Positions 26,820 through 41,618 of a stretch of DNA of 64,000 bases are shown here, piece by piece (position 1 is the stretch's first letter; each line of letters begins with the position of its first letter). The DNA lies in the NCBI RefSeq assembly GCF_009914755.1, contig NC_060926.1, one strand, 5' to 3'. Origin of the DNA: the human T2T-CHM13v2.0 reference genome, Homo sapiens. The notes under the pieces are model-generated. The model searched no databases. It was given only the letters and a program-made list of their open reading frames with translations, and was not told the origin of the DNA. The translations under genes and the position numbers were made by a program.

Positions 26820-28829
26820 AATACTTATATAAAATAAGGAAAATATTCTCATGTCAATTGAAGTCCTCATTTCTGTAACTGGCCACATGGTTATTGCCAG
26901 TATTTACAAATGCTTTCTTCTATTACCCACTCCCTTTATCCTCAACAAGCACCTCAATTGATAGTCATTCCTTGACTAGTGGGATGCCTCAAGACTTCAT
27001 TTTTGAGGGTCTTGTCCATTATTAGTCATGCCTGAATTGTTGTATTTTTCCATTGATGTCAGTCACAGGAAATGGTAATACTAAGATATGCCCTATGGGA
27101 TGTCCTGTATTCCAGATATGATCTTCCTTACCTCCATTGTGCAGTAGCAGTCCAATTTCCCCTTGGTAATCAAAATCAATCACCTCACCCAGCACAGTAA
27201 CTCCCTCCTTTGCCTGTTGATTCAGAGACATAAGGAGCCCAAAGTGGATAGCTGTAGCTTAACCCACTCTGTCTTAACTTCCAGTTCAGTGGAATAATTA
27301 ATATGTCTCTTGATGGAAGCATTCCTTCCTTTGGAACTAAGACTTCTAGACCAACAGAACATAAGGTGGCATAAATAGGAAGCCAAAAATTTGCTAGTAA
27401 GTAAATCAATAGTGGTAATAGGGAGTGTGCCTGTCCCATGTTCACCTCTTGATTCCTGGGCTGATGAATCCTGGCTGTAAGGAAAACATCATCATATATT
27501 GGATGCTAATTCAGAACATATACAGCTTTCTGGAGAGTCTTACCAAAACCCTGCCTGGTATTGCCACCTGGCTGGAGTTGAAACTGAATTTTCTTTTTTG
27601 GGGTGGATGAGGGTAATCAAACAGTATTTATTTTAAAATTTAAATTAAAAATCCATATATATGCTTTGTTCTAACAATTTTTCCTTTTAAGTAATTTATC
27701 CTTCAGAGATACTTGCACATATACAAAGGTTTATGTAAAAAGACTTTACTATACACTTATTTGTAATAATGGGAATCAGAAACAACCTAGACATCCACCA
27801 GTAGGGGAGGGGTATATATATTATGGTATTCCAAACTAGAAACCACCATACCACATTAAACTAAGTGTTTAGTGTAAAGTGCCTGTTTCAACAAATAAGG
27901 AGAGAAAAATATCTTTTTTCACCCATTCTTTGGTCTTTTGAAGAATTTCCTATGTAATTAAACTTTCAAAAGGCCATTCTACCATTCTATCAAACCAGTT
28001 TCTTCAGGGTGGTAGAAAACATGGTAAGAGAAGTTAATTTCTTAAGCCTGGGCCCATTGCTATTCTTCATTTGTGAAGTGAGTACCTTGATTAGAGAAAT
28101 GCTGTGTGTGGAATATCATAAATGCAGATAAGCTAATCCACAGATGATAGTTTTGTGAGAATCATTGAGTGCAGGGAGGGCAAATCCATACCCAGAGTAA
28201 ATTTCTATTCCAGGAAGAAGGTAACACTGCCCCTTTCATGATGAAAGCCATCCAATGTACTCAACCTGCCACCAGGCAGCTGGCTGATCATTCCAGGGAA
28301 TAGTGCTGTATCAGGGGTCAGTGGTGGTCTCTGTCGCTGCTGGCATTGGGCTGTCAATGATGGCCATAGCCAGGTCAACCTTGGTGAGTGGAAGTCCACA
28401 TTGCTGAGCCCATGTATGACCCCTGTTCCTGCCACCATGGCCTCTTTGTTCATGAGTTCATTGGGCAGTGACACAGGCAGCCGGGGAAAGAGGCTATCTA
28501 CCTGATTATTAAAATTCTTCTCTGCTGAGGTGACCTTTTGATGAGCATTTATGTGGGACACAAACGTCTTCCTGTTTTTCTCCCATTCACAGAAGTCTAT
28601 CCACATACCCAATCCTTCTTGTTACCAATTTTTAAATCATGTTTCTTGCAAGTTTCTAACCATCCAGCCAACCCATTGGCCACAGCTCATGAACTGGTAT
28701 ATAATTTTACATCTCAGTATTTCTCCTTCCAAAAACAATGAACAACAAAATTCACTACTTGATGTTCTTCCCATTGTGAGAAATTCCTGTCATCAGTGCT
28801 CTTCAGGGTAGTTGCAAAAAAGAACTGTA

Positions 28830-29156
<327 letters not shown>

Positions 29157-29454
29157 CTATTTCAAATGGTGCCTGCATGTCATACAGGACCATCTATAAA
29201 TCAGGCCTGAGTTTTCTTTTCCTCTGTCAAATGTCACTTGCCCAGTGTTGTGGTTCAGAGAATTCTTCTTTTCCCCACTCTTTTAAAACTTGCAGTTAAA
29301 GGGCATCTGTGCTACCATGCGACTATGAGCAGTGGTCAGAACAAAAATGACTTGCAAATTCTTTATTATTTCATTCTGAATGATCTCTCTGTCTGGAGAG
29401 TTTTCCCTGAGATATCTGTTTGGGTTACTTTACGTTTCTTAAATGTCTATTTTC

Positions 29455-30004
29455 AAATGTCACCTTCTCAATGCGGACCTCTATGGTTAACACACTCTAA
29501 AGTGCTTCCCAATGAGTCATGCCTTTATATAATTCCCTTCCCTTGTATGTGGATGGAAACTGTGACTTTTTTCTAACTGACAAAACACGAAAAATTGGTG
29601 AGATAACACTCCATTGACTAGGTTGCTTTATATACTTAGCAGAATGGAGAGAGAGAGAGACACTTCCTTGATAACTTTAAATAAGCTGTCATGATTTCAG
29701 TGGGTCTTATGAAAAACCCCAGGGACAAGAAACTGCTGGCAGCCTCTAGTTGCTTGGAATGGCCTTGGCTGACAGCCAATAAGAAGCCCAGGCTCTCAGT
29801 CCTACTACCACAAGGAAATGAATTCCACCAATAGCATTAGAAAGCTTGGAAGTGGACATTTTCCACAGACAATCCTCCAGATGAAAATACACCTTAGCCA
29901 ACTTCTTGATTGATGAAAGGACAGGTATGCAGACCATGGAATAAATGTGGGCTAAGCTGCTAAATTTGTGGTAATTTGTTACACCAAAATAGAAAATTCA
30001 TACA
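29455..30004 (+). mobile_element. MaLR LTR (MLT1E/F-like)
   Basis: GACAGCCAATAAGAAG, CAAGGAAATGAATTCC, TAAATTTGTGGTAATTTGTTACAC...AGAAAATTCATACA end. Confidence 0.7.
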
Positions 30005-30467
30005 CCTTCCCTAATCACTTTATTTGAAATTTTTGTATTTTTAATAGAAACGGAGTTTTACCATATTGGCCTGGTTGGTGGGACCACATTTCTATATGCA
30101 GTCCATCATTGACCAAAGTGTTATTATTTGGAGTGTAACTATACTTGATTTCTATTATTCACCTCTCAAAATTACTTTTCTAGATGTAAATATGACATGG
30201 AACTTTATTCTTGTTGCAGAAAAATATAAGAAAAAACATTAAAACTGGTAAATTCTAGTTTTAAAACTCTACAAAGTATTTGGCCAGGTCTCAAAGCAGT
30301 TGAATATTATCAAAATATTAGGTGAGTTTTTTTTTACCTTGGTATCAGGAAGTCTGTCACAAAAATAAGAGAAGTATTTGTGCATAGAAGATCAAGATTA
30401 GTACAATCACCTGGATGTAGCATAGTGCTTTTGGACAGCCTCTACAATATTGACACATTTACATTTT

Positions 30468-33400
30468 GTTTATTTTTTAATTGTAATTTTTATTTTTGGT
30501 GGATACGTAGTAGGTATATATATTTATGGCTCACATAAGATATTTTGACACAGGCATGCAATGCATAAGAATTACATCAGAGTACATAGGGTATCCCTCA
30601 CCTTAAGCATTTATCCTTTGTGTTTCAAGCAATCCAGTTACTTTTATTTTTAAATGTACAATTAAATTATTTTTCTGCTATAGTCACCTTTTTGTGCTCA
30701 AAAATACTAGGAGTTACTTATTCTAACCGTACTTTTGTACCCATTAAATATCCCCCACTTACCCTACCCCCAGCTACACTTTCCAGGTTCTGGTAACCAT
30801 CCTTCTACTCTCCATCTCCGTGAGTTTAATTTTTATCTCCCATAGATAAGTGAGAATGTGTGGTGTTTGTCTTTCAGTGCCTGGCTTATTTCACTTAAGA
30901 CAGTGATCTCCAGTTCCATCCATGTGGTTGCAAATGACAGGATCTCTGTATTTTCTATGGCTGAATGATAATTTATGTGTTTATGTACCATATTTTCTTT
31001 TTCCATTTATCTGCTGATGGAGACTTAGGCTGCTTCCAAATCTTTACTATTGTGAATAGTGCTGCAATAAACATGAGTGCACAGATATGTCTTCAATATA
31101 CTGGTTTCCTTTCTTTTGTGTATAGTGAGATTGCTGGATTGTATGGTAGCTCTATTTTTAGTTTTTTAAGTTACTGTTCTCCAGAGTGGTTGTACAAATT
31201 TGCATTCTTCCTAACAGTGTACAAGGGTTCCTTTTCCTCCATGTCTTCACTAGCATTTTTTATTGCTTATCTTTTGGATAAAAACCATTTTAACTGGAGT
31301 GGGATGATGTCTCATTGCAGTTTTGATATACATTTCTCTAATAGTCAATGATGTTGAGCACATTTTCACTTCCTGTTTGTCATTTTTATGTCTTTTGGGA
31401 AATGTCTATTTAGATATTTTGCCTATTTTTTAATCTGATTATTTGATTTTTTTCTTATAGAGTTGTTTGAGCTCCTTTTATATTTTGGTTATTAATGCCT
31501 TGTCAGATGGGTAGTTTGCAAATGTTTTCTGCCATTCTGTGAGTTGTCTCTTCAGTTTGTTAATTGTTTTCTTTGCTGTGCAGAAGCTTTTTAATTTGAT
31601 GTGGCCCTATTTGTCCATGTTTCCTTTGATTGTCTGGGTCTGTGAGTTATTGCTCAAGAAGTCTTTGCCTACTCCAATGTCCTGAAGAGTTTCCCCAGTG
31701 TTTTCTTTTAGTTTTATTTGGTGGGATTTTTGCATATGGCAAAAAATAGGAGTCTAATTTCTTTCTTCTGCATATGGATACCTAGTTTTCTCAGTGCAAT
31801 TTATTGAAGAGACTGTCATTTCCCCAATGTATGTTCTTTGAAACTTTGTTGAAATTGAGTTCACTGTAGATGTATGGATTTATTTCTGGGTTCCCCATTC
31901 TATTCCATTGGTCTGTCTTTTTTATGCCAATACCATGCCATTTTGGTTACTTTAGCTCTGTATTATAATTTAAGCCAAGTAATGTGATTCCTCCAGTTTT
32001 GTTCCTTTTGCTTTAGACAACTTTGGTTATTCTGGGTCTTTTGTGGTTCCATATACATTTTATGATTTTTATTTATGTGAATAATATCATTGGTATTTTA
32101 ATATGAATTGCATTAAATCTGTAGATTACTTTGGGTAGTATGTACATTTTAACAATATTGGTTCTTTCAATCCATGAAAATGGAATACATTTCTACTTTT
32201 TGGAGTCCTCTTCAATTTCTTACATCAATGTTTTATAGTTTTTTATTGTATAAATCTTTTACTTCTTTGGTTAAGTCTGAGGTATTTTATTTTATTTGGA
32301 GCTATTGCAAATGAAATTACTTTCTTAATTTCTTTTTCTGAATTTTAATTGTTGGTATATAAAATTGCTACTGATTTTTGTATGTTGATTTTATATCCTG
32401 AAACTTTACTGAATTTGTTCATCAGCTCTAAAAGCTTTTTGGTGGCATCTTTAGTTTTTTCCAGGTATAAGATTATATCATCTGGAACAAAGATAACATG
32501 GCTTCTTCCTTTCCAATTTGGATGCCTTTTATTTCTTTCTCTTGTCTGATTGATTGCTCTAGCTAGGATTTCAGTACTCTGTTGAATAACAGTGATGACA
32601 GTGGTCATTCTTGTCGTGGTCCAGATCACAAAGAAAAGGTTTTCAGTTTTTTCCTCATTCAGTACGATACTAGCTGTGGGTCTGTGGTATATGGCTTTTA
32701 TTATGTTGAGGTATGCTCCTTCTAAACCCAGTTTTTTGAGGGCTTTTGTCAGAAAGAGATGTTCAATTTTATCAAACACTTTTTCAGCATCATTTGAAAC
32801 AATTATATGGTTTTTGTTCTTCATCCTGTTGATATGATGTATCACACTGATTGACTTGCCTGTGTTAAATCATCCTTGTCTCCCTGGGATACATTCCTCT
32901 TGGTCATGATGAATAACCATTTTAATGTGTTAATTCAGTTTGCTAGTATTTGTTGAGGATTTTTGTATCAGTAGTCATCAGTGATGTTGACATGTAGTTT
33001 TGTTTTGTGTGTGTGTGTGTGTGTGTGTATGTTTTCAGTGTGTCTTTTCCTGGTTTTGGTATCAGGGCAATACGGTCTTATAGGAGGAGTTTGGAAGTAT
33101 TCCCTTCTTATTTATTTTTTCAGATAGTCTGAGTAGGATTGCTACTAGTTCTTTAAATGCTTGGTTCAATTCAGTAGTAAAGTCATCAGGTGCTGGGATT
33201 TTTCTTACTAGGAGGCTTTTTATTATGGCTTCCATCTCGTTACTTGTTACTGGTCTGTTTGAGTTTTGGAGTTCTTCATGGTTCAGTAGCTTGTATATGT
33301 CTAGGAATTTGTGCATTTCTTCTGGATTTTTCAATATATTTACATGTAGTTGCTCATAGTAGCCACTAATAGTCTTTTAAATTTATATGGTATCTGTTGC

Positions 33401-36400
33401 AATCTCTCCTTTTACATCTCTCATTTTATTTGGATCTTCTCTCTTTTTTTTCTTAGTCTGGCCAAAATTGTCAATTTTGTTTAACTTTTTAAAAAAACCT
33501 TCCTTTTATTTCATTGATGTTTTGTATTGTTTCCTTTACTTCATATTCATTTATTTCCACTCTAATCTTTATTTTTTTTTCTTCTACTAATTTTGGGTTT
33601 GGCTTGCTTTTGTTTTCTAGTTATTTAAGATGAATTCTTAGGTTATTTGAAGTTGTCTTCTTTTTTAGTTTGCTGTAAACTTTCCTCTTAGTAGTGCTTT
33701 GGTTGTATCCCATAGATTTTTGTATGTTACGTTTCCGTTATCATTTGATTAAAGAAGTGTTTCAATTTCCTTCTTTATCTCTTTATTGACCTACTGATCA
33801 TTAAGGAGCATATTGTTTCATTTTCCTTTATTTGTATAGTTTCCAAAATTCCTCCTTTTATTGATTTCTGGTTTTATTCCATTGTGTCAGAGAAGATGCT
33901 TGATATTATTTCAATTTTTTTTGATGTTTTAAGATTTGTTTTGTGATGTGACATATGGTCTACTCTTGAGAATGATCCATATAATGAAGAAAAGAATGTG
34001 TATTCTGTAGCTGTTGGATGAAATGTGTCGTAAATATCTATTAAGTTCATTTATAGTACAGGTTAAGTCCAAAGTTTCTTTGCTGATTTTCTCTCTGGAA
34101 TATTCGTGCAATGCTGAAAGTGGATGTTAAAGTCTCTCCAGCTGTTATTGTACTGAGGTGTAGCTCTCTATTTAGCTCTAATGTTTGCTTTATAAATCTT
34201 GGTGCTTCAGTGTTGGGTGCATATATATTTACATTTGTTATATCTTCTTGTTGATTTGATCTTTTTGTCGTTATATAGTGACCTTCTTTGTCTTTTCTTA
34301 TAGTTGTTGTCATCGAATCTGTTTATCTCATATAACTATAGCTACTCCTATCCTTTCTTGGTTTCCATTGTCATGGGATAACTTTTCCCATCCTTTCATT
34401 TTCACTCTGTGTGTGTTTTTATAGGTGAAGTGTGTTTCTTGTAGGTAACAGATTATTGGATCTCGGGTTTTTTTAAAAAAATTAATTTAGCCATTCTGTC
34501 TTTTGATTGGAGAGTTTAGTCCATGTATGCTTAATGTTATTATTGATAAGTAAGAACTTACTGCTGCCATTTTGTTAGTTGTTTTCTGGTTTTGTTGTAG
34601 TCTTCTCTTTCTTCTTTCTTTCCTTCCTGTCCTTCTTTCAGTAAAGGTAATTTTCTTGGGTGATGTGAATTAATTTCTTTATTTTTATTTGTTGTGTTTT
34701 AATTGTATATTTTTAAATTTGAGGTTAGTATAAGGCTTGCAAATAGTCTCTTATAACCCACTGTTTTAAGCTAACAACTTAACAGTTTTTACACAAACAA
34801 ACGTGAGCAAACAAGCAAAAATAAAACTAATAAGAACCCTACGCTATAACTTTGTTCCCCTCCTATTTTATTTTTTGTTGTTTCTGTTTTAATCTTATCT
34901 ATATCTTTTTTATTCTTTTCTTTTTGGAGATGGAGTCTCGCTCTATCTTATGTATATCTTTAAAAGTTGCTGTAGTTGTTGTTTTTGATTGTTTCATCAT
35001 TTAACCTTTCTATTTAAGAGTAGTTTATACACCACTGTTACAGTGTTACAGTGTTACATGTTTTTCTGTGTACTTACTATTACCAGTGAATATTGTATCT
35101 TCAGATGATTTCTTATTGCTCATTAACAACCTTTTCTTTCTAACTGAAGCACTCCCTTTAACATTTCTTGTGGGACAATCTGCTATTGATGAAACCCCTC
35201 AGCTTTTGATTGGGAAAGTTGCTATTTCTCCTACCTGTTTGAAGGATATTTTAAGCAGGTTTACTATTCTAGGGTAAATTTTTTTTTTTCCTTAAGCACT
35301 TTAAATACATCATACCACTCTCTCCTAGCCTGTACAGTTTCCATTGAAATGGCTGCTACTGGACATGTTGGACCTCCATATTATATTATTTGTTTCTTCT
35401 TTCTTGCTGCTTTTAGGATCCTTTCTTTTTCCTTGATCTTTGGGAGTTTGATTATTAAATGCCTTGAGGTAGTCTTCTTTAGGTTAAATCTTCATGGTGT
35501 TCTATAACCTTCTTTTACTTGGATATTGGTAACTTTTTTTTAGGTTTGGGGAGTTCACTTTTATTATCCCTTTGGATAAACCTTGTATCCCCATCTCTTG
35601 CTTAAGATCCTATTTAAGGCCAAAAACTCTTAGATTGTCCCTTTTGAGGGTATTTTCCGGATCCTGTAGGTGTGATTTATTGTTTTTTAACCTTTTGCTT
35701 TTGTCTCCTCTGACTTCGTGTTTTTAAATAGCCTATCTTCAAGCTCACTAATTTTTTCTTCTGATAGATCAATTGTTTTTAAGAAACTCTGATGCATTCT
35801 TTAGTTTGCCAATTGCATTTTTCAGCTCCAGAATTTCTGCTTGCTTTAATTATGTCACTCTCTTTGTTAAATTTAGCTTGTAGAATTCTGAATTCCTTCT
35901 TTCTTATCATCAATATTTTTGAGTTTCCTCACAAGTGCCATTTTGAATTCTCTGTCTGAAGAGTCACATATGCCTGTTTCTTCAAGATTGGTCCATCATG
36001 TCTTATTTGGTTCCTTTGATGAGATCATGTTTTCCTGGTTGGTCTTAATACTTAGGAATATCTGTCCATGTCTGGTCATCGAAGAGTTAGGTATTTATTG
36101 TCTTCACAGTTTGGGCTTGTTTGTACTTATACTTTTAGAAGGTTTTTCCAGGTCCGAAAGGACTGTATGTTGTGAACTAAGCTGTATCTACATTAGGGGG
36201 CACCCCAAGCCCAGTAGTTCTGTGGCTCTTGTAGATTCAGAGATACCACCTCCAAGGTCTTGGACAAGATCCAAAAGAATTATCTGGATTACCAGACAAA
36301 GACTCCTGTTCTTTTCCCTTACTTTCTTCCAAACAAATGGAGTCTCTCTCTCTCTCAGTTCTGAGCTGGCTGGAGCTAGGGGTGGAGTGTCATAAACACC

Positions 36401-38121
36401 CCTGTGGCCACCACCACTGGGATTGCACTGGGTCAGACCTGAAGCCAGCACAGCATTGGGTCTTACCCAAAGCCTGCTGTAGCCACTACCTGGCTCCTCT
36501 TCACTCAAAGCCTTGGGGCTTTACTAATGGCTGGTGTCCTATGTCCTTCCCTTTAGGGAATCAAGTTCCTTCAGGCCCCAGGTGGGTCCAGAGGTTATGT
36601 CTTAAAGCCAGGGTCCAGAATCAAAAACTTTAGAAGTCTACCTGGTGTTCCATTGTACTGTCGCTGAGCTGGCACTCAAACCACAAGATGTAGTCCTTCC
36701 CATTTATGCCTCCCATTTCCTAAGGCAGAGGAGCCTCACCCCATGGCCACCACCATCACAGGCCCATAGGGAAAACTATCAGGCAACTGCTATTTCCTTA
36801 AGAGTCAAAAGCTCTTCGTTCAGTTTGTGGTGAATACTGCCTGGCCTGGGGCTCAACCTTCAGGGCAGTGGGCTCCCCTCTGGCCCAAGGCGGATCCAGA
36901 AATGCCATGCAAAAGCCAAATCCTGGATTCAGGGACCCCAAGAGATCATTTGGTGCTCTATCTCCCTGTGGCAGAGCTTGTAGCTAAGGTGCAAGACAAA
37001 GTCCCCTTTCCTTCTCTCTACTTTTCTCAAGCAGAGGAAGTCTCTCCCCATATCCACCACAACTGGGAATATGCTGAGTTTCGCTGGGAGCCAGGAAGTC
37101 ACAGAGTCTCACACGAGGCCCACGAAGTACTACCTGGGTATTGCTGCTGGTTATTCAGGACCCAAGGGCTCTTCAGTTAGCAAGTGATCAATTCTGCCAA
37201 AACTAGGTCCTTCCCTTCAAGACAGTAAGTTTCCTTCTAGCCCAGCGTGTGTTTAGAAATGTTTTCCTGAAGCTGGGACCTGGAAAGAGGGTTTCACAAT
37301 TCTGACTGGTACTCTTTCCTGCGGTGAGTGAGATGGTATCTTAAGATGCAAGACAAAGTCCTCCCTGCTCTTCTCTCTCCTCTCCTCCTCTCCCCTCCCC
37401 TATCTCTCTTCAAGCAGAATGAAGGGATCTTTTAGGAGCCATGAGCTCTGCAGCCTGGGGTTAGGGGAGGGGGAGGAGTGGCATCAGCCCTCCCTTAGCC
37501 AAACTGTTATTCAGTTTGTTATGTGCCCCTCCAGACCACTGGCTCTGAGCCCAGTTCAGCAATAGCACTTGCCTAGGAGTTGCAGTCTAGACTGCCGCGA
37601 GTTGAATAAATAAAGCTGAAATAAATAAAGCTGAACTTTATTTAGAGCCCCAGAGCCCTCTGGCCCAAGGTGGCAAGGCTTGCAGGAACTCAAGTTCCAA
37701 CTGCTGGGATGGTCCATTCCCCTCTGGCTAGGGCTGGTTTAAATACTACCTCCATAGGTGAGCATCAGTGGAGTTCAGTTCGATTTTGCTTTCTGTTGTG
37801 GCAGGAAAGCACTGAGTTCAACATAACGTCTCACAGTTGTTTCTCTCTCACTCTCTCAAGTGTGCAGATTTTTCTCTTCATGCAGAATGGCCACTTCTGG
37901 GGGTTGGGAGAAGGGAGGCATTGGCTATTCAAGACTGTTTATCTTACTTCTTCAGTGCCTCTTTAAGTGAAATGAAGTTAAACCCAGGTACTGTGAACAC
38001 TCACTTCATTTTTAGTTCTTATGAAGGTGCCTTTTTTGTGTAGATAAATTGTTATCCTTGTGGGCGGGGGGAAGATGATTAGTGGAGCCTTCTATTCTAC
38101 CATCTAGCCTCTCCTCTTTAA
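30468..38121 (-). mobile_element. Near full-length (~7.65 kb) degraded L1 (L1MA-like)
   Basis: 3' end near 30470; ORF2 remnants (32345..32845 RT region, 34047..34313 EN region with IYAPN); GC-richer repetitive 5' UTR at ~36200-38115; candidate TSD ATTTACATTTT at 30457-30467 and 38122-38132. Confidence 0.9.
34909..34944 (-). mobile_element. Severely 5'-truncated Alu (about 19 nt plus tail) inside L1
   Basis: T-rich tail then GAGATGGAGTCTCGCTCT; flanked by ATCTTAT(C/G)TATATCTTT at 34892-34908 and 34945-34961. Confidence 0.75.
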
Positions 38122-39855
38122 ATTTACATTTTAAATAGGCACAGTTATCTAAATCTGGAGCTGCTTCCAGCCATGCCTGTCAGTCACTTATATTACAAAT
38201 AACAACAGTATTGGCATTTAATAATTGACTGACTCCTCAATATTCAATGATTATGTCAATGAAACCAAATTATTTCTAAACCTCAATGGTTACTTTGAAA
38301 CAGTAAATAGTGAAAGTCCTGGCATTTTGCATGCTTTCTTTGGAAAATACGGTTTGTTTTTCATTCATTTGTTTTTCATTAGAAGCATTGCACTTTTATC
38401 TTACCAATGAAATTTAAAACCACTATTTGTAATCATTGATTATTACATGTATTTTATGTATTATATATGTTTATATATATATGTGTGTGTGTGTATGTGT
38501 GAGTATGTAATAACAATTAACTTTTATACTAAAGATTTTATTAAAAACAGTAAAGTCTATCTTTTTGGTTTGTTGACTAGAGCTTTTCTAAAGAACCAGT
38601 AGGAAATAAATTATCTGTACTTCTTGGAATAAAACTATTTATAACTAATAATCAAAGATTATCTGCTGATTAGCTCTGGTATTAAAACTCTTTCTTGCTT
38701 TATTTCACCTGGTATTTTACTTCTTTTACATCTTATTGTAGAAAACTTAGATTCTTGTGTTTGTACGAAGTTGTTCATGGTCCCTGATACACACTCTCAT
38801 CCCCAACATCCAACCCTTTTTTTCTAGTTAATATTTGTATTCCTCAAAACCCAGCACAGATATCACTTTTACCAAGTAGCTGTATTTAGGATTTTCTTGA
38901 GCACTTCTCTCTCTTCACACATGGCACTGTAAGAATAATCCAACCAGTGATTGCTGTTATCTCTTAATGTGTATGTTCACTCCTTATTTCTGTAAAATAC
39001 GCATAAATACACAACACTTGCCCACATATACACTCACAGAAACACACAATGAAAGTAAAAATATTTTCTTTAATTAAAAAAAATCTCAGCCTTTTAACAG
39101 AGTGACTGCTGCTAGTGCTCAATAATTATCTGTTGAATGAGTCTTGATATTACTTTAAGTTTTTAAGAAATAAAAGTGACCAAGACCCTGTATACCTAAA
39201 ATTTATGAGCAAAATATTCTTGACCTATTATACTGTAATTCTACACCTGTTTTATGAAAAGCAATTAATAATTTGATGCATATGATAAAATTATAGCCAT
39301 TTTAATAGTCATATTAAGGAAATGATTTCAAAGTTTTGCTTTCTGGGAAATATCTATACAATTGAGACATTTATGACATGATTTATCTTTCATCTAAATT
39401 CTACTCTGGAAAGTCTTATCCTACACAAATATGTCAGTGCAAATGAGCATTCTTGAAATATCTTTGTGTAAATTCAAAAATATATAGATATATACACATA
39501 CAAGGACACTTTCTATAAATCATGTCAATTTAAATATTAGAGATCATTTTAAGCTTAAACTATGTCAGTGTTATATGTCATTTGAGCTACCTCATGCTAT
39601 GTTGGGGAAATTCAGATTTACAATCCAGAATCATTAGGAGCCTACTGTTATTTATTCATAGTGATGAACTTTTTAAAATAGATGGAACATTTATAATTTG
39701 GAGGATCTAAATCAGTTACACAATAATTTAAAAATTTTTATGGAACAGAAATGTTATAAACCAGGTATTGTTCTAAGTTCCTGGTACACATAAGTGCATA
39801 TGTATATGGTATTTATTAAAACTTTATCCAATTAGTTTTTTAAAATGTAACTAGT

Positions 39856-41618
39856 GGTATTAGTTCATTCTCATGCTGCTAATAAAGACATACCAGAAAC
39901 TGGGAAATTTATAAAGTAAAGAGGTTTGACTCACAGTTCCACATGGCTGGGGAGTCCTCACAATCATGGTGGAAGGTGAAGGAGGAGCAAAGTCATGTCT
40001 TATGTGGTAGCAGGCAAGAGAGCATGTGCAGGGGATCTTCCCATTATAAAACCACTGGATCTCATGAGACTTGTTCACTATCACTAGAACAGCACGGGAA
40101 AGACCTCTTCCTGGCTGCTTTCACGAGCTGGTGTTGAGTGTCTGTGGTTTTTCCAGGCACATGGTATAAGCTGTTGGTGGATCTACCATTCTGCTGTCTG
40201 GAGGACAGTGGCCATCTTCTCACAGCTCCACTAAGCAGTGCCCAAGTGGGGACTCTATGTGGGGGATCCCACTCACATTTCCCTTCTGCACGGCCCTAGC
40301 AGAGGTTCTCCATGAGGGCTCTGCCCCACAGCACACCTCTTCCTGGACATCAGGCATTTTCACACATCCTGTGAAATCTAGGCAGAGGTTCCCAAACTTT
40401 GATTCTTGAATTGGGTGCAGCCACAGGCTCAACACCATGTGTAAGCCACCAAGACTTCGGGCTTGCACCCTCTGAAGCAATGGCCTGAGCTGTACATTGG
40501 CCCTTTTTATCCATGGCTAGGATGCAGGGCAGTAAGTCCTGAGACTGCACAAAGTGGCAAGGCTCTGGGTCTGGCCCACAAAACCATTTTTCCCTCCCAA
40601 TCCTCTGGGCCTGTGACAGGACAGGCTGCTGTGAAGAAACCTGACATGCCTCGGAGATATTTTTCCCCAGTGTCTTGGTCATTAACATTTGACTTCTTGT
40701 TACTTATGCAAATTTCCGCAGCCAGCTTGAATTTCTCCTCAGAAAATGGGTTTTTCTTTTCTATCGCATCATCAGGCTGCAAATTTTCCACTTTTATGTT
40801 CTGCCTCCCTTTTAAACATAAGTTCTAATTCCAAACAATAACTTTGTGAATACATAAAACCAAATGCTTTCAACAGCCCCTAACTCACCTCTTGCATGCT
40901 TTACTGCTTAGAAATTTCTTCCAAAAAGTTTCACAAATCTCTAGGGCAGGGGCAAAATGTCATCAGTCTTTTTGCTAAAGCATAACAAGAGTAACAGAGT
41001 AACATTTATTCCAGTTCCCAATAAGTTCCTCATCTCCATCTGAGACCACCTCAGCCTGGACTTTATTATCCATATCACTATCAGAATTTTGGTCTAAGCC
41101 ATTTGACAAGTCTGTAGGAGGTTTCAAACTTTCTCATATCTTCCTGTCTTCTAAGCCCTCCACACTGTTCCAACCTCTGCCTGTTACCCAGTTCCAAAGT
41201 CACTTCCACATTTGCAGGTATCTTTACAGCAGCACCCCACTACCCAGCACCAATTTACCGTATTAGTTCTCATGCTGCCAGTAAAGACACATCTGAGATT
41301 GGGTAATGTATAAAGGAAAGAGGTTTAATTGACTCACAGTTGCACATGGCTAGAAAGGCCTCACAATCTTGGTGGAAGGCAAAGGAGGAGCAAAGTCACG
41401 TCTTACATGGAGGCAGGAAAGAGAGCATGTGCAAGGAAACTCCTCTTTATAAAACCATCAGATCTCATGAGACTCATTCACTATCACAATAACAGTATGG
41501 GAAAGACCCGCCCCCATGATTCAATTACCTCCCACTGGGTACTTCGCACCACACGTGGGAATTATGGATGCTACAATTCAAGATGAGATTTGGGTGGGGA
41601 CACAGTCACATTATATCA
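39856..41618 (-). mobile_element. THE1 (MaLR) element: complete 5' LTR 41259-41618, internal region, partial 3' LTR 39856-~40105
   Basis: Two similar LTRs (TATTAGTT...TCATGCTG...AAAGACA), THE1-int motifs between them, and 5-bp TSD CTAGT at 39851-39855 and 41619-41623. Confidence 0.92.

Noticed and set aside
35919-38043. Cluster of 60-160 aa ORFs in a GC-richer region
   Set aside because: It lies within the 5' UTR/ORF1 region of the old L1, and the higher GC content lengthens chance ORFs.
40220-40828. Overlapping ORFs on both strands
   Set aside because: These are THE1 internal sequence remnants, frameshifted and not a host gene.
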